Below, piece after piece: positions 25,254-37,868 of a DNA stretch of 64,000 nucleotides (positions within the stretch are counted from its first letter, which is position 1; every line of letters begins with the position of its first letter). The DNA lies in contig NC_042999.1 of assembly GCF_006345805.1 (NCBI RefSeq), positions 101,804,001 through 101,868,000 on the forward strand, read 5' to 3'. Origin of the DNA: Octopus sinensis. Its lineage: Eukaryota. Below the pieces are notes generated by a model. It was not told the origin of the DNA. It worked only from the letters and a program-made list of their open reading frames with translations, and did no database searches. A program made the translations under genes and the position numbers.

Positions 25254-27801
25254 CCGGGGTTTTCCGAAAATCTGCCCAGGGCTGTTAAATGGAAAATTCT
25301 ATTTTACAAAACTATTTTTGGCTTAAATAACCACCCACCTATAATAAGCACCCAGGGGTAATAATATGGAAGTAAAATATTTCACCTAGGAAGAACAAAG
25401 ATATTCTCAAAAACCATATTTATTTTGGACACACAAAGACCTGTTGAGGCAAGCGAAGTCGATATTGAACCTCATCCGACGACAGGCACCTATGGCAACC
25501 CCCCTTGCTTGCGAAGACCTGTTGGGGCAAGTGAAATCGAAATTGAACCAATCCTATGACTAGCACCCGGCAGATGCCAGGGCCCTGGGACTGGAGGTAC
25601 GTAAAAAGCACTATCCGAATTGTGGCCGATGCCAGCGCCGCCTCGACTGGCTTCCGTGTCGGTGGCATGTAAAAAGTACCATCCGAATCGTAGCCAAAGC
25701 CAGTGCCGCCTCGACTGGCTTCCATAAAATGCACCATCCGAATTGTGGCCGATGCCAGCGCCGCCTCGACTGGCTTCCGTGTCAGTGGCACGTAAAAAGC
25801 ACCATCCGAATCGTAGCCAAAGCCAGTGCCGCCTCGACTGGCTTCCATAAAATGCACCAATCCGACCGTGGCCGATGCCAGCCTCGCCTGGCACCAGTGC
25901 AGGTGGCACGTAAAAAGCACCCACTACACTCATGGAGTGGTTGGCGTTAGGAAGGGCATCCAGCTGTAGAAACGTTGCCAGATAAGACCGGAGCCTGGTG
26001 CAGCCTTCTGGCTTCCCAGATCCCCGGTCGAACTGTCCAACCCATGCTAGCATGGAGAACAGACGTTAAACGATGATGATGATGATGATGAACTTCTGTC
26101 GTTTCCGTTATCAGATATATAGACAAAGAAACTGAAACAGTCTTAAAAGAAGTAGCATATTAAAAAATATTCTGAAGTTAACAATGGATCTATTAAGAAA
26201 TATTGAAAATTCAATTGTTGAAAATATGAATAGAAGCCTCGTATGAACAAATAATGTTCTTGGGCATTTCTGGTAGAATAATAACCAATTAGTTTCAAGG
26301 TAAATATCATGAATTTCCTCATTTGCTGCTTGGCCATAATTCATATCAGAGCAAATTTCATTTACTTGTATCTTCTTCAATTTTGACAATATGTGCATCT
26401 GGCGCATTTACCTCAAGGCCAGACAAAACATCCAGTAAGCGTGAGTTTAAGAAGCTGTTCTACAGTCTGTCCATGAGGAGCAATTCCACAACATTCAAAA
26501 GCACACTTTATAGTTTCTTTATTTAAAGTGGCAACAGCTTAGATCACAAAGTTCACTATCTCTTGATAAGAAGGCTTTTTGCAATATCCTTTATTTGTAT
26601 ACTTCTTTTTGCCATTTGAAAACCAACTCTCCCATTCAGCATGAAGGGTTTTCTTGAAAGGACCAATAATTGATACATCTAATGGTTGCAAGTAAGATGT
26701 TGTTTTAGGAGGTATAAGTTTGAGAATCATATTCCTACATTTGAACACTTCTAGGAGCTCTGAGCATTCATCCATGAATAGCACTGAATTTTGAGCATGG
26801 AATAGTTGTGCTGTTCTCTGCCCAAACACTTTGTCAGCCCACAGCTGCATGAGTTCATATGTGATTGATCCCTTGTTGGAGACTTAAGTAAATATTTTTG
26901 GGGACCTTGATTTTAGGCACATTTTTCAATCCTTTAAGGATAATCATTGTTTTTAACACCTCTCCTGCAGCATTAACACACAACACAGCAGTAAAACAAG
27001 CTTTGGTAGCACCACAGTGGCTAGCATCTACACTTTTATTGCTGACAAAGTCTATGGTTGTTGCACTCAACATGTCAATGTATACAGGTGTTTCATCCAT
27101 ATTATAAATCTGGTCAGCATCCTTACCCGCTGTTAAGACTGGAATGCTATCTAGATAGTCACTGGCGATTTGTGCCTTTTCTCCAAGTGTTTTATTGTCC
27201 ACCTGACCAACATGTGTAATCTTTTTAACAGTCAGTTTATTCCATTTCATGAAATTTAAAAATCCTCTTATCAGAACATCTAATGATGTTCATTTCAATT
27301 CCAAACCTTTTTACCAATTCAAAAGTATATTCCCATAAATGGCAATAATTTACAATTATATTGTTTGCATGCTGAACAACAATCCACTGTAAGAGTTCAA
27401 TCTCTAGATCTCTATGTGCTGGTCCTCTACCTCCACCAATTGATCTGCGCCTCCTCTTGTCTGACATATTGATTAACTCAGCTTCTTTCGTGCACTATCC
27501 TCTCAATCATTTTCTATCAATATCTAAGTCTCTTGATGCAGCAGATAAATTGCCAGAATGTTCTTTCACTTGTTTAATAGCACTCAATTTTTCACTAATA
27601 GTATATGATCATTGAACACATTTTGATCTATTTTCTTTCAACTCCATTATTGGGAATAAAAATCTTTTGAATTTATCTACAGATGTAGAGCAAATGAATG
27701 TCTAAACAGAATGCAAACAAGAATACTAACTGTTTCAACTTTCAACTACATAACCGCCCATGGGTGATTTAATGGATGGGCGGATTTTCAGAAAACCCTG
27801 G
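25254..27801 (-). mobile_element. pogo-family (Passer/POGK-like) DNA transposon, defective, with TA TSDs and 25-bp TIRs
   Basis: TIRs are ccggggttttccgaaaatctgccca and (reverse complement) ccagggttttctgaaaatccgccca, with TA on both sides. The broken transposase runs from ATG 27647 to about 26440: HTH-like SYTISEKLSAIKQVKEHSGNLSAASRDLDIDRK, CENP-B-like HRDLEIELLQWI, IYNMDETP, FTAVLCVNAAG, LFMD-x30-D in TSYLQPLDV. Confidence 0.9.
25430..26090 (+). mobile_element. RTE-type 3' tail nested inside the pogo element, with 78-bp and 123-bp internal repeats
   Basis: It ends ggcgttaggaagggcatccagc...catgctagcatggagaacagacgttaaac(gat)7. atccgaattgtggcc occurs at 25613 and 25736, and atccgaatcgtagcc at 25681 and 25804. 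Confidence 0.85.
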
Positions 27802-27897
27802 TACTATTTTTATTGCAGTGTACTTTAACTCTCCTTTGGACAATTGGTACACACAAACACGCACACCTCAAGCAGCTTCATGTCTTAGAAAACATAC

Positions 27898-28023
27898 CTT
27901 TAATCTACCTCCACCAAGTTCTTCACTAGCTTTCAGGCGAGCATCAACTATTCTCTTGACATCCCTTTGTAGCTTGCGACCAAAATCTCTAAACATGGTA
28001 GATCCTCCTGACAAAACTATATT
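27898..28023 (-). CDS. ACTR3: Arp3 exon (126 bp)
   Basis: [42 protein letters not shown], ttttcag| ... |gtatgt. Confidence 0.98.
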
Positions 28024-28777
28024 CTGAAAAATTTTGAAGCAGAAAATTAGATGTAGTTTACTTGGTATCATTGAATGACTGAAGAATTTTCATAAAATTA
28101 AGAAAACAGCCTTTTAAGTATAACTAAATCTTTGCCAACTATAGAATGGAAAATATTTACCTGTAAATTTTAAGCTTTTTCCAAGTTAAAACACTTCACA
28201 CATAAGTGTTAAAACCTAGTTGCAGTTGCATTAAGTAAATACAACATGAATTGCTCTTATAAAATGCTGTACTATAGTAAACCAACAGCTAATAATGTTG
28301 GAAATTAGTTGCTCAACCTATCTAAATTGTGACTGGTGTCAAAAGACATGTTGAATAATTTACTTAAAAGATGTGTTGGTGCAGATCCAATATCACCTCA
28401 TGCATTTAGCTATTGAATTTATTAATATTTGAAAATTGCAAATTAGTTGATTGCAGTTGAAAATATGTTTCAGGAAAACCACATCTATAACTTAGTATTA
28501 AATTCCATTTGTATACTAATCACTTCACTTATGTTTTTAATGACTTTTCAAAAAGATCTGAAGATTAAACAAGTTCATTTCTGTTCTCTAAAATTTGAGG
28601 TTTTGTGCTTAACAAAGACACAAATGTTATAACATGATTCAAATAATTCAATTGGTTTGTTATTTATGCACCAAAAATACATGACAGCTAGAATACTTTA
28701 ATGGCAAAGTATGAAAGGTCTACTTTAGAATTTTCTATTATCTTGAAAACAGTATTAAATATATTTTGTTGGCTTAC

Positions 28778-28870
28778 CCGATATAGACCTCGACGCACAT
28801 CAATAGGACAATTCTGGATGACATTGTCCACTATTTCAGAAATTGGAATGGTAAAGTCAGGGTTTGAAAA
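28778..28870 (-). CDS. ACTR3: Arp3 exon (93 bp)
   Basis: [31 protein letters not shown], ctttag| ... |gtaagc. Confidence 0.97.
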
Positions 28871-29659
28871 CTAAAGAAAGAAAAAATAACATTTCACACT
28901 GAAAGGGCTAACTTGAATAATTTCATATGAAAAGCATGACTAGTATAAATATTCTTTTCACAGAGAAGGAAATAAAAGGAAGGTCTTTGAATTTATAAAG
29001 TTATGGAAAAGCAGAAATGATGGCTAACATGGCCAGAGTTTCAAGTTCACTGCCAGATAACACATGACAGCAATATATAGGAGTCTCAGTTCAGTTGATT
29101 ACAATGTAAATAATGGCTGTCTATTTAGTCAGAAGAAAGCAATATTCTGGCTCTCAATGTCTTACAATAAACTCTGAAGATTTATTGTGAATGATGCTTA
29201 GGTGCATGTTGGGAAATCCCCAATGAAATAGTGTTACTGTAAAAAAAAATATTAGATAACTTGTAATATGAACAGTGAGACAGACAGTTGAAGGAAGTGA
29301 CAGGTTTAAATAATTACTGATTTACATGTGACTGTCTTCTGCTCACATAATAGAATGAATTTCACTGAAATAACAACCTAAGTATGTCTTCCCAGCATAG
29401 CAGCTGTAAAAGATACATTTTTCGTACAAGTGATGAAGTAATAAAAAAGGAAAATGTAAACACTGATTTCTAGGTTGTAAGGAATATTAAATTGAAACAA
29501 ACGTTAACAAGAAATGAAAAAAATAAGTTCTTACTCAAATTATAGAGTTCTAATTTTCCATTTGGAAAACATGGCAGTGCCATGCACAAACAACAATAGG
29601 AAAAAGTTTTTCAAGGCATGAAGAGTGTGTTACATATCTAAATTAATATTAATTCTTAC

Positions 29660-29833
29660 CTCTGGATGGAAGAAAATTTCTGGTCCAAGAAATCGTTCAT
29701 AACCAACATCTACACTGAAAGGGCTTTTGTTCACGCTGTTTAAACCATCAAATCTTTTGATCCACTTCGTAGGATCTTGATCATACTTGTTGAATTCTTT
29801 AGCTATATCAGGACAGACGTAGCAAAATCGCTC
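29660..29833 (-). CDS. ACTR3: Arp3 exon (174 bp)
   Basis: [58 protein letters not shown], attttag| ... |gtaaga. Confidence 0.97.
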
Positions 29834-30036
29834 CTAAAATATACAACCATTGAAACCAATAAATGCAATCCAAGAGTGAAAGAAAACGGCAACAAACAAG
29901 GAGAAAAGCTGTTGCTATAGCTGAAGGACAGTCATGGATGAACGTAAAGTACATGTTACAGGTATGTATACAAACTTGAACAAGTGGATATAGATGTGCA
30001 AGAGTGTACATATATGTCCCGAAGTGTAAATACATT

Positions 30037-30558
30037 ATCATCATCATCATTTAGCATCTGCTTTCCATGCTAGCATGGGTGAAAAGATTTGACTGAAACT
30101 GGTAAGCTGTAGGGCTACATCCAATCTTATTTGGTATGGTTTCTATGGCTGGATGCTCTTCCAAATGCCAGACACTCCAAGAATGTAGTGGATGCCTTTT
30201 ACATGCTACCGGCATGGGTGCAAGTTCTGTAACACCGGCCACAACTATGATCTCACTTGGCTTGAGTCATCTTAAGCATGGTATATCACCAAAGGTCTCG
30301 ATCACTTATCATTGCCTCCATGAAGTCCAATATTCAAAAGTTGCTTTTTATGTTCCACCAGCACAGGTGCCATTTACATGACACTGGCATCAGTCACAAC
30401 CACAATTTTGCTTGGCTTGATGAGTCTTCTCAAGAACAGCATATCGCCAAAGGTCTTGATCACTTGTCGTTGCCTCCATGATGCCCAATGTTTGAAGATC
30501 ATGCTTCACTACCTCATCCCATGACTTCCTGGGTCTACCCCTTCCACAGGTTTCACTC
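30037..30558 (-). mobile_element. RTE LINE 3' end whose last ~100 nt of ORF are duplicated (158-bp period)
   Basis: ETCGRGRPRKSWDEVVKHDLQTLGIMEATTSDQDLWRYAVLEKTHQAK, followed by a second copy of the same block and the (GAT)n tail. ccaaaggtct occurs at 30289 and 30447. Confidence 0.8.
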
Positions 30559-31880
30559 ATAGTGATTATTTTCCTATTGAAATTCCCTCCACATATGATT
30601 ATTATAATTTTATATACATATATACATCTCTAAAAGCAAGCACGTTTATGCAGGCATTAATGAAGCATGGAAGTGAGAGTCCAAAAGACTCAAAGTTGGT
30701 CCAAACTACCAAATATGGAAAAATATGAAAAGAACCCTGGGAGATAAAGAAACTAAGGAAAAGAATTTACTTTTCAATATATCAAATGTAATACAACTTT
30801 ATTATATATAAATTAATTTTACAAAGAAACCTAAATTATAAATCTACATTAATTCATATATTTGTTTTCTTGTGATTTGCCTTGCATTTACTTCGCATTG
30901 TTCTGGCCTTACCCACGATCCTTTATACATTAAATTATAACAAAAATTAAAGATTCCACCCCACCCTCACCAAGAACTACACAAAGAAACAACAATCTCC
31001 AATCCTTCCCAGTTGAGATGTTTGTTCATTTGTTTAATGTCCTTTTTTTTTCTTCCCTTGCTAACATGGATTGGAGGTGGGGGGAGCATATTTGAAGATG
31101 GGTTTACCATGCACATTTGCATGCACGTGTACACATGCACAAAGATTCTTACAGTTTCCATCTATCAAATTCATTCACAAAGCATTGGTTGGTCAGGGGC
31201 TATCATAGAAGTTACTTGCCAAGGTACTGTGCCATAAGACTGAACTCATATGGTTGCAAATCAAACTTACTAACCACACACCCCTACCTGCTCCTACATG
31301 TTACATACAATATTCTCTTTTGGTATTTTATTCTTTACAACTTAGGAACTCTTAAGCTGAACCAAAGCAAGATGTAAAAACCACAGAAGGGAAAAAGCAA
31401 GAATGATTTTGTTGTTCTGAATCAAAACATACTAGCTCAAAACTATTCTATTTCAACATAAAAAATATTTTAGCTAACAAAAAAAAGAGAGAGAGAGGAG
31501 AGAGAGACAAAACATTTGTATTGCTTGAATTTGTCTAGAAAGGCTCTTCAATTAGAACAAAGGCAAGTGCAAGCACTGCACAGGACCTAGAGTAAGTTTT
31601 TTTGTAACATAGCTTTGTGAATGAAATTTGGTAAATCAAAACAGTGCAGAAACCTGTATGCACATAATGAGGGAAAATGCCAAAAGTTGAACAGAAATAT
31701 CTTGTGACATTTGATTCTGTTCCATTAAGCCACAACAGATTATGCTTTTCTTGTAAAAAAATTTTTAAATAGTACCAAAGAAATCCTTGATGACAATACC
31801 CTAACATGGCCAGAGTCCAATGACTGAACCAGTAAAAGAATAGATAAATGAATAAGTAGATAAAACTGAAAAGATCTTAC

Positions 31881-32024
31881 CTTAATAGCTTTAGCTGTTT
31901 CTAAGGATTGTTCTGGAGGAATTCCAGCCTCACGTTCTCTCAATAATTGTTGAATAAAATAACTAATGTCACGACCAGCAATGGGGATGTGTTTGATACA
32001 GCTACCGATCACATAACCTTCAGC
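31881..32024 (-). CDS. ACTR3: Arp3 exon (144 bp)
   Basis: [48 protein letters not shown], ttgtag| ... |gtaaga. Confidence 0.98.
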
Positions 32025-32064
32025 CTACAATAAATAAACACACATTGGAAATATAAATATATAT

Positions 32065-32101
<37 letters not shown>

Positions 32102-34039
32102 TTACACACACATATATTCTTTCAAATAATTTTCTTTTTCTTTTACTCTGCTATGATAAACTTTCAGTGTGGTTATAGATGTATTCAACATTGCTGCACA
32201 ACAGGTTATCATGAGGGTACAGAATATTGAGAAACTTGTTATTAATTTAATGTAAACTCCTTAAAGCAGGCATAAATATTACAAAACTAAGAATAATTTC
32301 ATGATAAATATGATGGCTGAGTGATTAATGTTTTAAACTATGTCAAGAATTCAACTCCATAGTGGGTGTTTCATTGCATACTTTACATTGTTGACTTAGC
32401 TCAGTCAAATAGGTACCAGATCAATCTGGTTTAGCATCAGAACTGAGTTCAGCAGTCATTCCAATTCGTTTTCCCATTGGATCTAGACTATGGTTCTGAT
32501 AAGATATATTTGATGGTGTGGAACAGCCAATTCTGCATCAAACTCATCACTAGACATCTGCTGCCAGATGAATATCTTCCCTGACTATGAGAGATTCTTA
32601 AATACTATTACTAAGACAGGACAAGTTAGATCTTATAAGGTTGCTGTTTAGTCCCAGGATCAACCCTAGTTAAACAGATCTTAAATTAAAAGACATTCCA
32701 ACTTTGACAATTCCTGCCTTTTTCAAGAATACTGTATTTATGTCTACATTATCCAATTTGTCTATCCATTTTTAAATATTAGGGTAAAATTTAAGAGAAA
32801 TTGAGCAGCTGCTTCTAGTAAATAAGTAAAGGTTTATAATGCTGTCTTTGACTCAAGTTTAATCTTCTTCAAACAGTAATTTAAACAACTTTAGCATACA
32901 GGGAAAAATTACACATCCTTTTCAGTAAGGGACTTCTATTTAATTTTAAATCCCTACCTACTGAAGGTTCATATTTTGGATATAGCTGATGAACCAACAA
33001 GGGAATTTATTTCAATTTCATTTTGAGTTAAGGAGACACAACAGCTAAGAGATTCAATAGGAGCTTGAATTCAAACTATAGTACTACAGCTATAGTGTAT
33101 CTGAGCAAAGTATATAGGTGCTTTGCTTGAATTTGCATGAACATAAAACATATCTCTCTCCATATTTCACATCAGAGTAGTAGAAAAAACAACCAGCTGT
33201 AAAAACAATTCTATATCAATCTATAAAAGCATCCCACACATGTGCCATCAACATCATCACTATTTTACATCTACTTTTCATCCTGGCATAGGTTGGACAT
33301 GAGCATAACAAAAAAACCCTTTTGTGAAGGCTTTCTTCTACGACTAAGAATTTTAAATATGAAATGAAAAAGAAAATTAAAACAGAGTTTTACACATTCC
33401 TTTATTACTTTACCCCAATTTTAATAAGTTATCAAATACCAATTAACAGAAGCAATATGCTAAACCAGTTCAGAATAAAATCTGGATTCTGTTTGCCCTT
33501 TATAATCTGTTTACAAGTGAAAAGTTAAATATTAAAATACAAAATATTTTAGGCATAATTTTATACATTTAGATGTTCAATTTTACATTTTGAATAATAT
33601 TTAGAATTTTTTGTCAGTTCACAATATGACCTAAATAGAAACCAGAGAAGAGAATGTCATATATAAAACAGCTTGAATACTAGTAATATCAAGTTATACA
33701 TATGAAAATTATTGATATTGCTTTCCAGAACAAGACAATATCATTTGGCACTTCCTTACATTTATTTTTTTTTTCTTTTCTTTTTTTTTTTTTTTTTTGT
33801 TATCTAGCATACCCATTACATGTGTAAAAATCAGCATAAAATGCTTCAACACTTCCATTTTTCATCTATTTATCTCAATTTTTACCATCTGCTAAGCATT
33901 TCATGTAAGTTCTGACAACAGCCAGCTCATTCATTCCAGGTGTCAGGTCAATCAGTATATCAAAATAAGAGAGCAGCATGTTTCTGAACATCGAGGGGTG
34001 GGGTGGAGAACAAGCATTGGTCAATTATGTGTATATACA

Positions 34040-34260
34040 GCAATAGCTGATGCAACTCTCCAGATATGATTTTCTTTGGCAGACAACCAACTTTTATCCA
34101 TAAGACATGCTCCACTAAAAACAGGTGGATAGCAAATAAGAGTGTATCCATGTCCATTATATCCTTTAATACAAGTCCCTGAGTAAAAAACTCTTACACG
34201 AGTAGTTCCATGTTGATTGTTGATATCAAAAGCTAGCCTAATTTCTCTATCATATGGCTT
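34040..34260 (-). mobile_element. Possible ancient RTE LINE fragment
   Basis: LFLVEHVLWIKVGCLPKKIISGELHQ weakly resembles LRWAGHV.RM...RLPK.I.YGEL.Q. Confidence 0.4.
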
Positions 34261-34466
34261 TGAATGCAAGCAACAAAGTTGAATTGTTGGGTGTGTGCAA
34301 CTTTCATCTTGATAGGGACAGGACATGACATTACTGAACATCTGTTCTTTCATGGTTCAGTCAGTTTTTATGATCAAGAAACTTCAGTAAAAGATTTCTT
34401 TTAAAGACACTACTCAGTTAAAGTAACTTGACATACATGCATGCCCCAAGCCAATAAATTACTTAC

Positions 34467-34574
34467 CACAGGAATAACGTGTGTCACACCATCTCCGGAA
34501 TCTATCACAGTACCTGTCAGTGTACGGTCACCAACTTGACGAGAGGCCCAAGAAGCTGCTAAGGCTAGGACTGC
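34467..34574 (-). CDS. ACTR3: Arp3 exon (108 bp)
   Basis: [36 protein letters not shown], tattag| ... |gtaagt. Confidence 0.98.
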
Positions 34575-34890
34575 CTAATATTAATAAAAGGAAACAAAAT
34601 GAAATTTAGAAATGAAATTTAAACAAAAATTAAATACTAAAAATTATAAAACCTTTAGAATAAAAGATAAAGTTTTCTGGTTAATATTCAAATCAATAAG
34701 AATGATAGTGCACAGAAAGTAACATCAAACAACCAGAATAAATGTCAAATATATAGTTTAATGCTTTATGTTCAAATTCTGCCAGAATTATTATTTTTTT
34801 TTTTTCATTACTTCACGAGTATTAAAAATAGAGATCACTTACAAACTAGAATCAATTCATTCAATTAGTCTTCACATTTGAAATTTGCCC

Positions 34891-35296
34891 GGATCTTTTC
34901 GGTTTGAACGGCAGTTTTTGACATACTTTCTAGGTAACTAAAAAATTTTAAACTTCATATAGTGGTAGAATGTGTTTATAAAACATCTTTTTCTCTTGGC
35001 TTTATTGAGAAAATTCTATAGTTTGTAGGATATTTGTTGTTATTTTTCTTCAATTTCTGCAATTTCAACCAATCGATGACGTCCATTGAGTTAAAAAGCA
35101 TTTTTGTGCCATATGAAAATGTCCCTCGTTTAAGAAACAGACTGGGTTTATTCACATTTGTGGAAAAAAAAAAGATACCTTTCCACTAACCCTAACAGAA
35201 ATTGAAATGCAATAGATCAATTCTAGGGTCATAATTATGGGTGACAATTTCATATGACACCGCTAGAAAAAACTGCCGTTCAAACCGAAAAGATCC
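34891..35296. mobile_element. 406-bp MITE with perfect 29-bp TIRs and a perfect 8-bp TSD (Merlin-like ends)
   Basis: TIR GGATCTTTTCGGTTTGAACGGCAGTTTTT at 34891-34919, inverted at 35268-35296. ATTTGCCC flanks both sides (34883-34890 and 35297-35304). Confidence 0.9.
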
Positions 35297-35791
35297 ATTT
35301 GCCCTAGTCAAAAGAAATTTCATTCAACGAACTCAGAGACAGTTACGTCCCCTTATGTATTCAGTTACATCACTGACTTCTGAGGTCTGTGAAATAAATA
35401 TCAGCCAAGCTCAATTAGATTGATTCTAAGGAAAAATCTGGTTTCCAAGGAAACTGGTGATGGTCTGCATCAGCAATTATAAGTCAATAGGAAGGTTCAG
35501 TTAGTTCATTAGTGAAGAGTGTTACAAAAGACTAATGCTTTGGGCTTTGCTCTTCATCTAACAATGAGGGTATGAGGGAAAAAAGTGGTGCTGCCATTTA
35601 GGTTTGCCTCTAACCCAATCTACACACTTTCCCACATTTTCCTTATTCTGGGATGAAGAACAAAGCAGAAAATGTTAGACTTTATTTCTTCTCATAAAAA
35701 AAATGAATTTATCAAACCAAGTTCAACAACACAGTCACACAAAATGTATGATGCCTGTATAGCAATGGCAGAAATCCATTTTCTTCTAAAG

Positions 35792-36010
35792 CAGTGGTTC
35801 TCAACTGGGGTCCATATAAGATTTTGTTAAAATTTATGTGTAATAAATTGATTATACTTCTACAATACACAAAATATTTAAAGTCTTTTTATATACAATT
35901 CCTAACAATATTTAATTATACAAATATAATAGGATTTTTTAAAACATTAATGGCAGTATAGTAAAATAGGAATCACAGGGGTCCATGGGTGAAATGGTTG
36001 AGAAATAATC
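35792..36010. mobile_element. hAT (Charlie-like) MITE, copy 1
   Basis: Starts CAGTGGTTCTCAAC and ends GTTGAGAAATAATC. Degenerate TSD ttctaaag/atctaaaa. The body is homologous to 42345-42579. Confidence 0.75.
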
Positions 36011-37816
36011 ATCTAAAAGAATGATTTTAGCACACAAGAAAAAAAGATAAACCATATACACATAGGAAGTTCAGATAGATAGAACAAATTGTTTAATTAA
36101 ACTAAGCATTATATAAAATAAATGGCACAATAAGATAAGCTCATTGATAAAAATGTTCTGTTGTAATAAAATCTAATCTTTTAATGATGCTACATGATAC
36201 ACTTGTAACCACACTAAGGAAATGTAATAAACAATATGGAAAAGAAAAAAAAATTCTGCATATGTACACTGTTGTAAAATAATTATTCTAGAATTTATGT
36301 AAATAATCTTTCTGGGATTGTTTCAAGAGATTATCACTACTATTAACATCTTTCTGGGCAATAAAGGAGTCTCTATGTGTTAGCTCACCAAACTAGGCAT
36401 AGCAACTAAATCTGACAGAACAGTCATGGTTTGACTGTCCTTTGGTCATATGTCTGCACAATCGGGGTTGACCTGGGACTAAACAACCTCTTCCTATTAT
36501 TATCTTGAGTGCACCTATTGAAAAAGTATATCTTGAGCATATGGTTAGTGACTCTCATAATACATTGATTTTGACAAATTAATGTATGGACAAGTCCACC
36601 TAGTAGAGAGCCTCCTCGTGAAGTTATATCCACAGGAGCTAAACTCAGCGTTGCAAGCTAACAATATAGTCATCAGTTTTAAAGTGTTGCTGCTTATAGT
36701 AATGAGTTGTTTACCCTACTATATCTATTGATGGACTAGTAACCTGGAGTCCTTGTTTTCTAGCCACAATAGAAATAATGTCAAGTGATGACAAGATACA
36801 AACCATCCATCTGTCATCTGGTCATTTATGCCTTTAATCTGAGTATACTCACAGTACATGTCTAAATAGAATATAACTAATTCCATATTAGACATTTTGC
36901 CTATATCACATTTGTGAGTATTTATGTAAAAATATTACAATCTAACTTTTGGTGGAATCATTAGCACATCACAGAGACTGTTTCATAAAAGCTTTTCTGT
37001 ATTCAAATCCCTCAAAAGTTACATTTACATTTCAATCTTCCAAGATCAATAAAATTAAATACTAGTTAAGTACTGAAGTTGATTTAATTGAACAAACGTT
37101 CTGCCAAAAATTAGTGGCCTTGTGTCTGTTAGAAATGAATAGTTTGTATTTCAATATATCACTATTGATACAAAATAGCAAACTAGCAAAAATATTTTAA
37201 GATGCATTTTGAAGACAGTGACAGGAAAATGGTGTAGGTTATCTTCAGATAGGTATGAAAAATATGATATAATTTAAGGAAGTTTAAATCCTAGAAAACA
37301 AATTCAAAAGAAAACTCCTACTCCACATATTGTTTTCCAAAATAGCAAGCCAATGAAAAAATTAACATCCAAATCTTCCTTAATTATCTTTTCAATTGAT
37401 AATTTTCAAAGGTGTGATTCTAAAGACTTGTAGCAAAACTTGAACTTGATGGGACAAATTTCAACAAATGCAAACATATCTAATCTACCATTAGTTGACT
37501 TAATTATCCTACTGAATTTCAGCCACTCCTACATTGAATTTCACTACCAGCTGCAACAACAAAAATGTATTTTGATTTCCAGTGAAATGATTGGTTTAGA
37601 CATAACTATCAACTCCCATCATTATTATCACCAATTGTTCTTAATCTTATCACTGTTTCATAGACAGCACAGTAAGACTAATGTGTATAGGCAAGAATAG
37701 ATACAAAGAAACCAAACTTGCCAGTAGTTCTCAAATAATATCAGATAGACAACAATATAGAGAAGTTCTGGAAAGCAGAAATCAGTAGTGGGCAAGGAGA
37801 ATTCTATATACAAACT

Positions 37817-37867
<51 letters not shown>

Positions 37868-37868
<1 letters not shown>

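Noticed and set aside
25420-26053. 166- and 187-aa ORFs with internal repeats (EAALASATIR...)
   Set aside because: They are open only because the 123-bp repeat is a multiple of 3. They lie antisense within a retroelement tail and show no domain resemblance.
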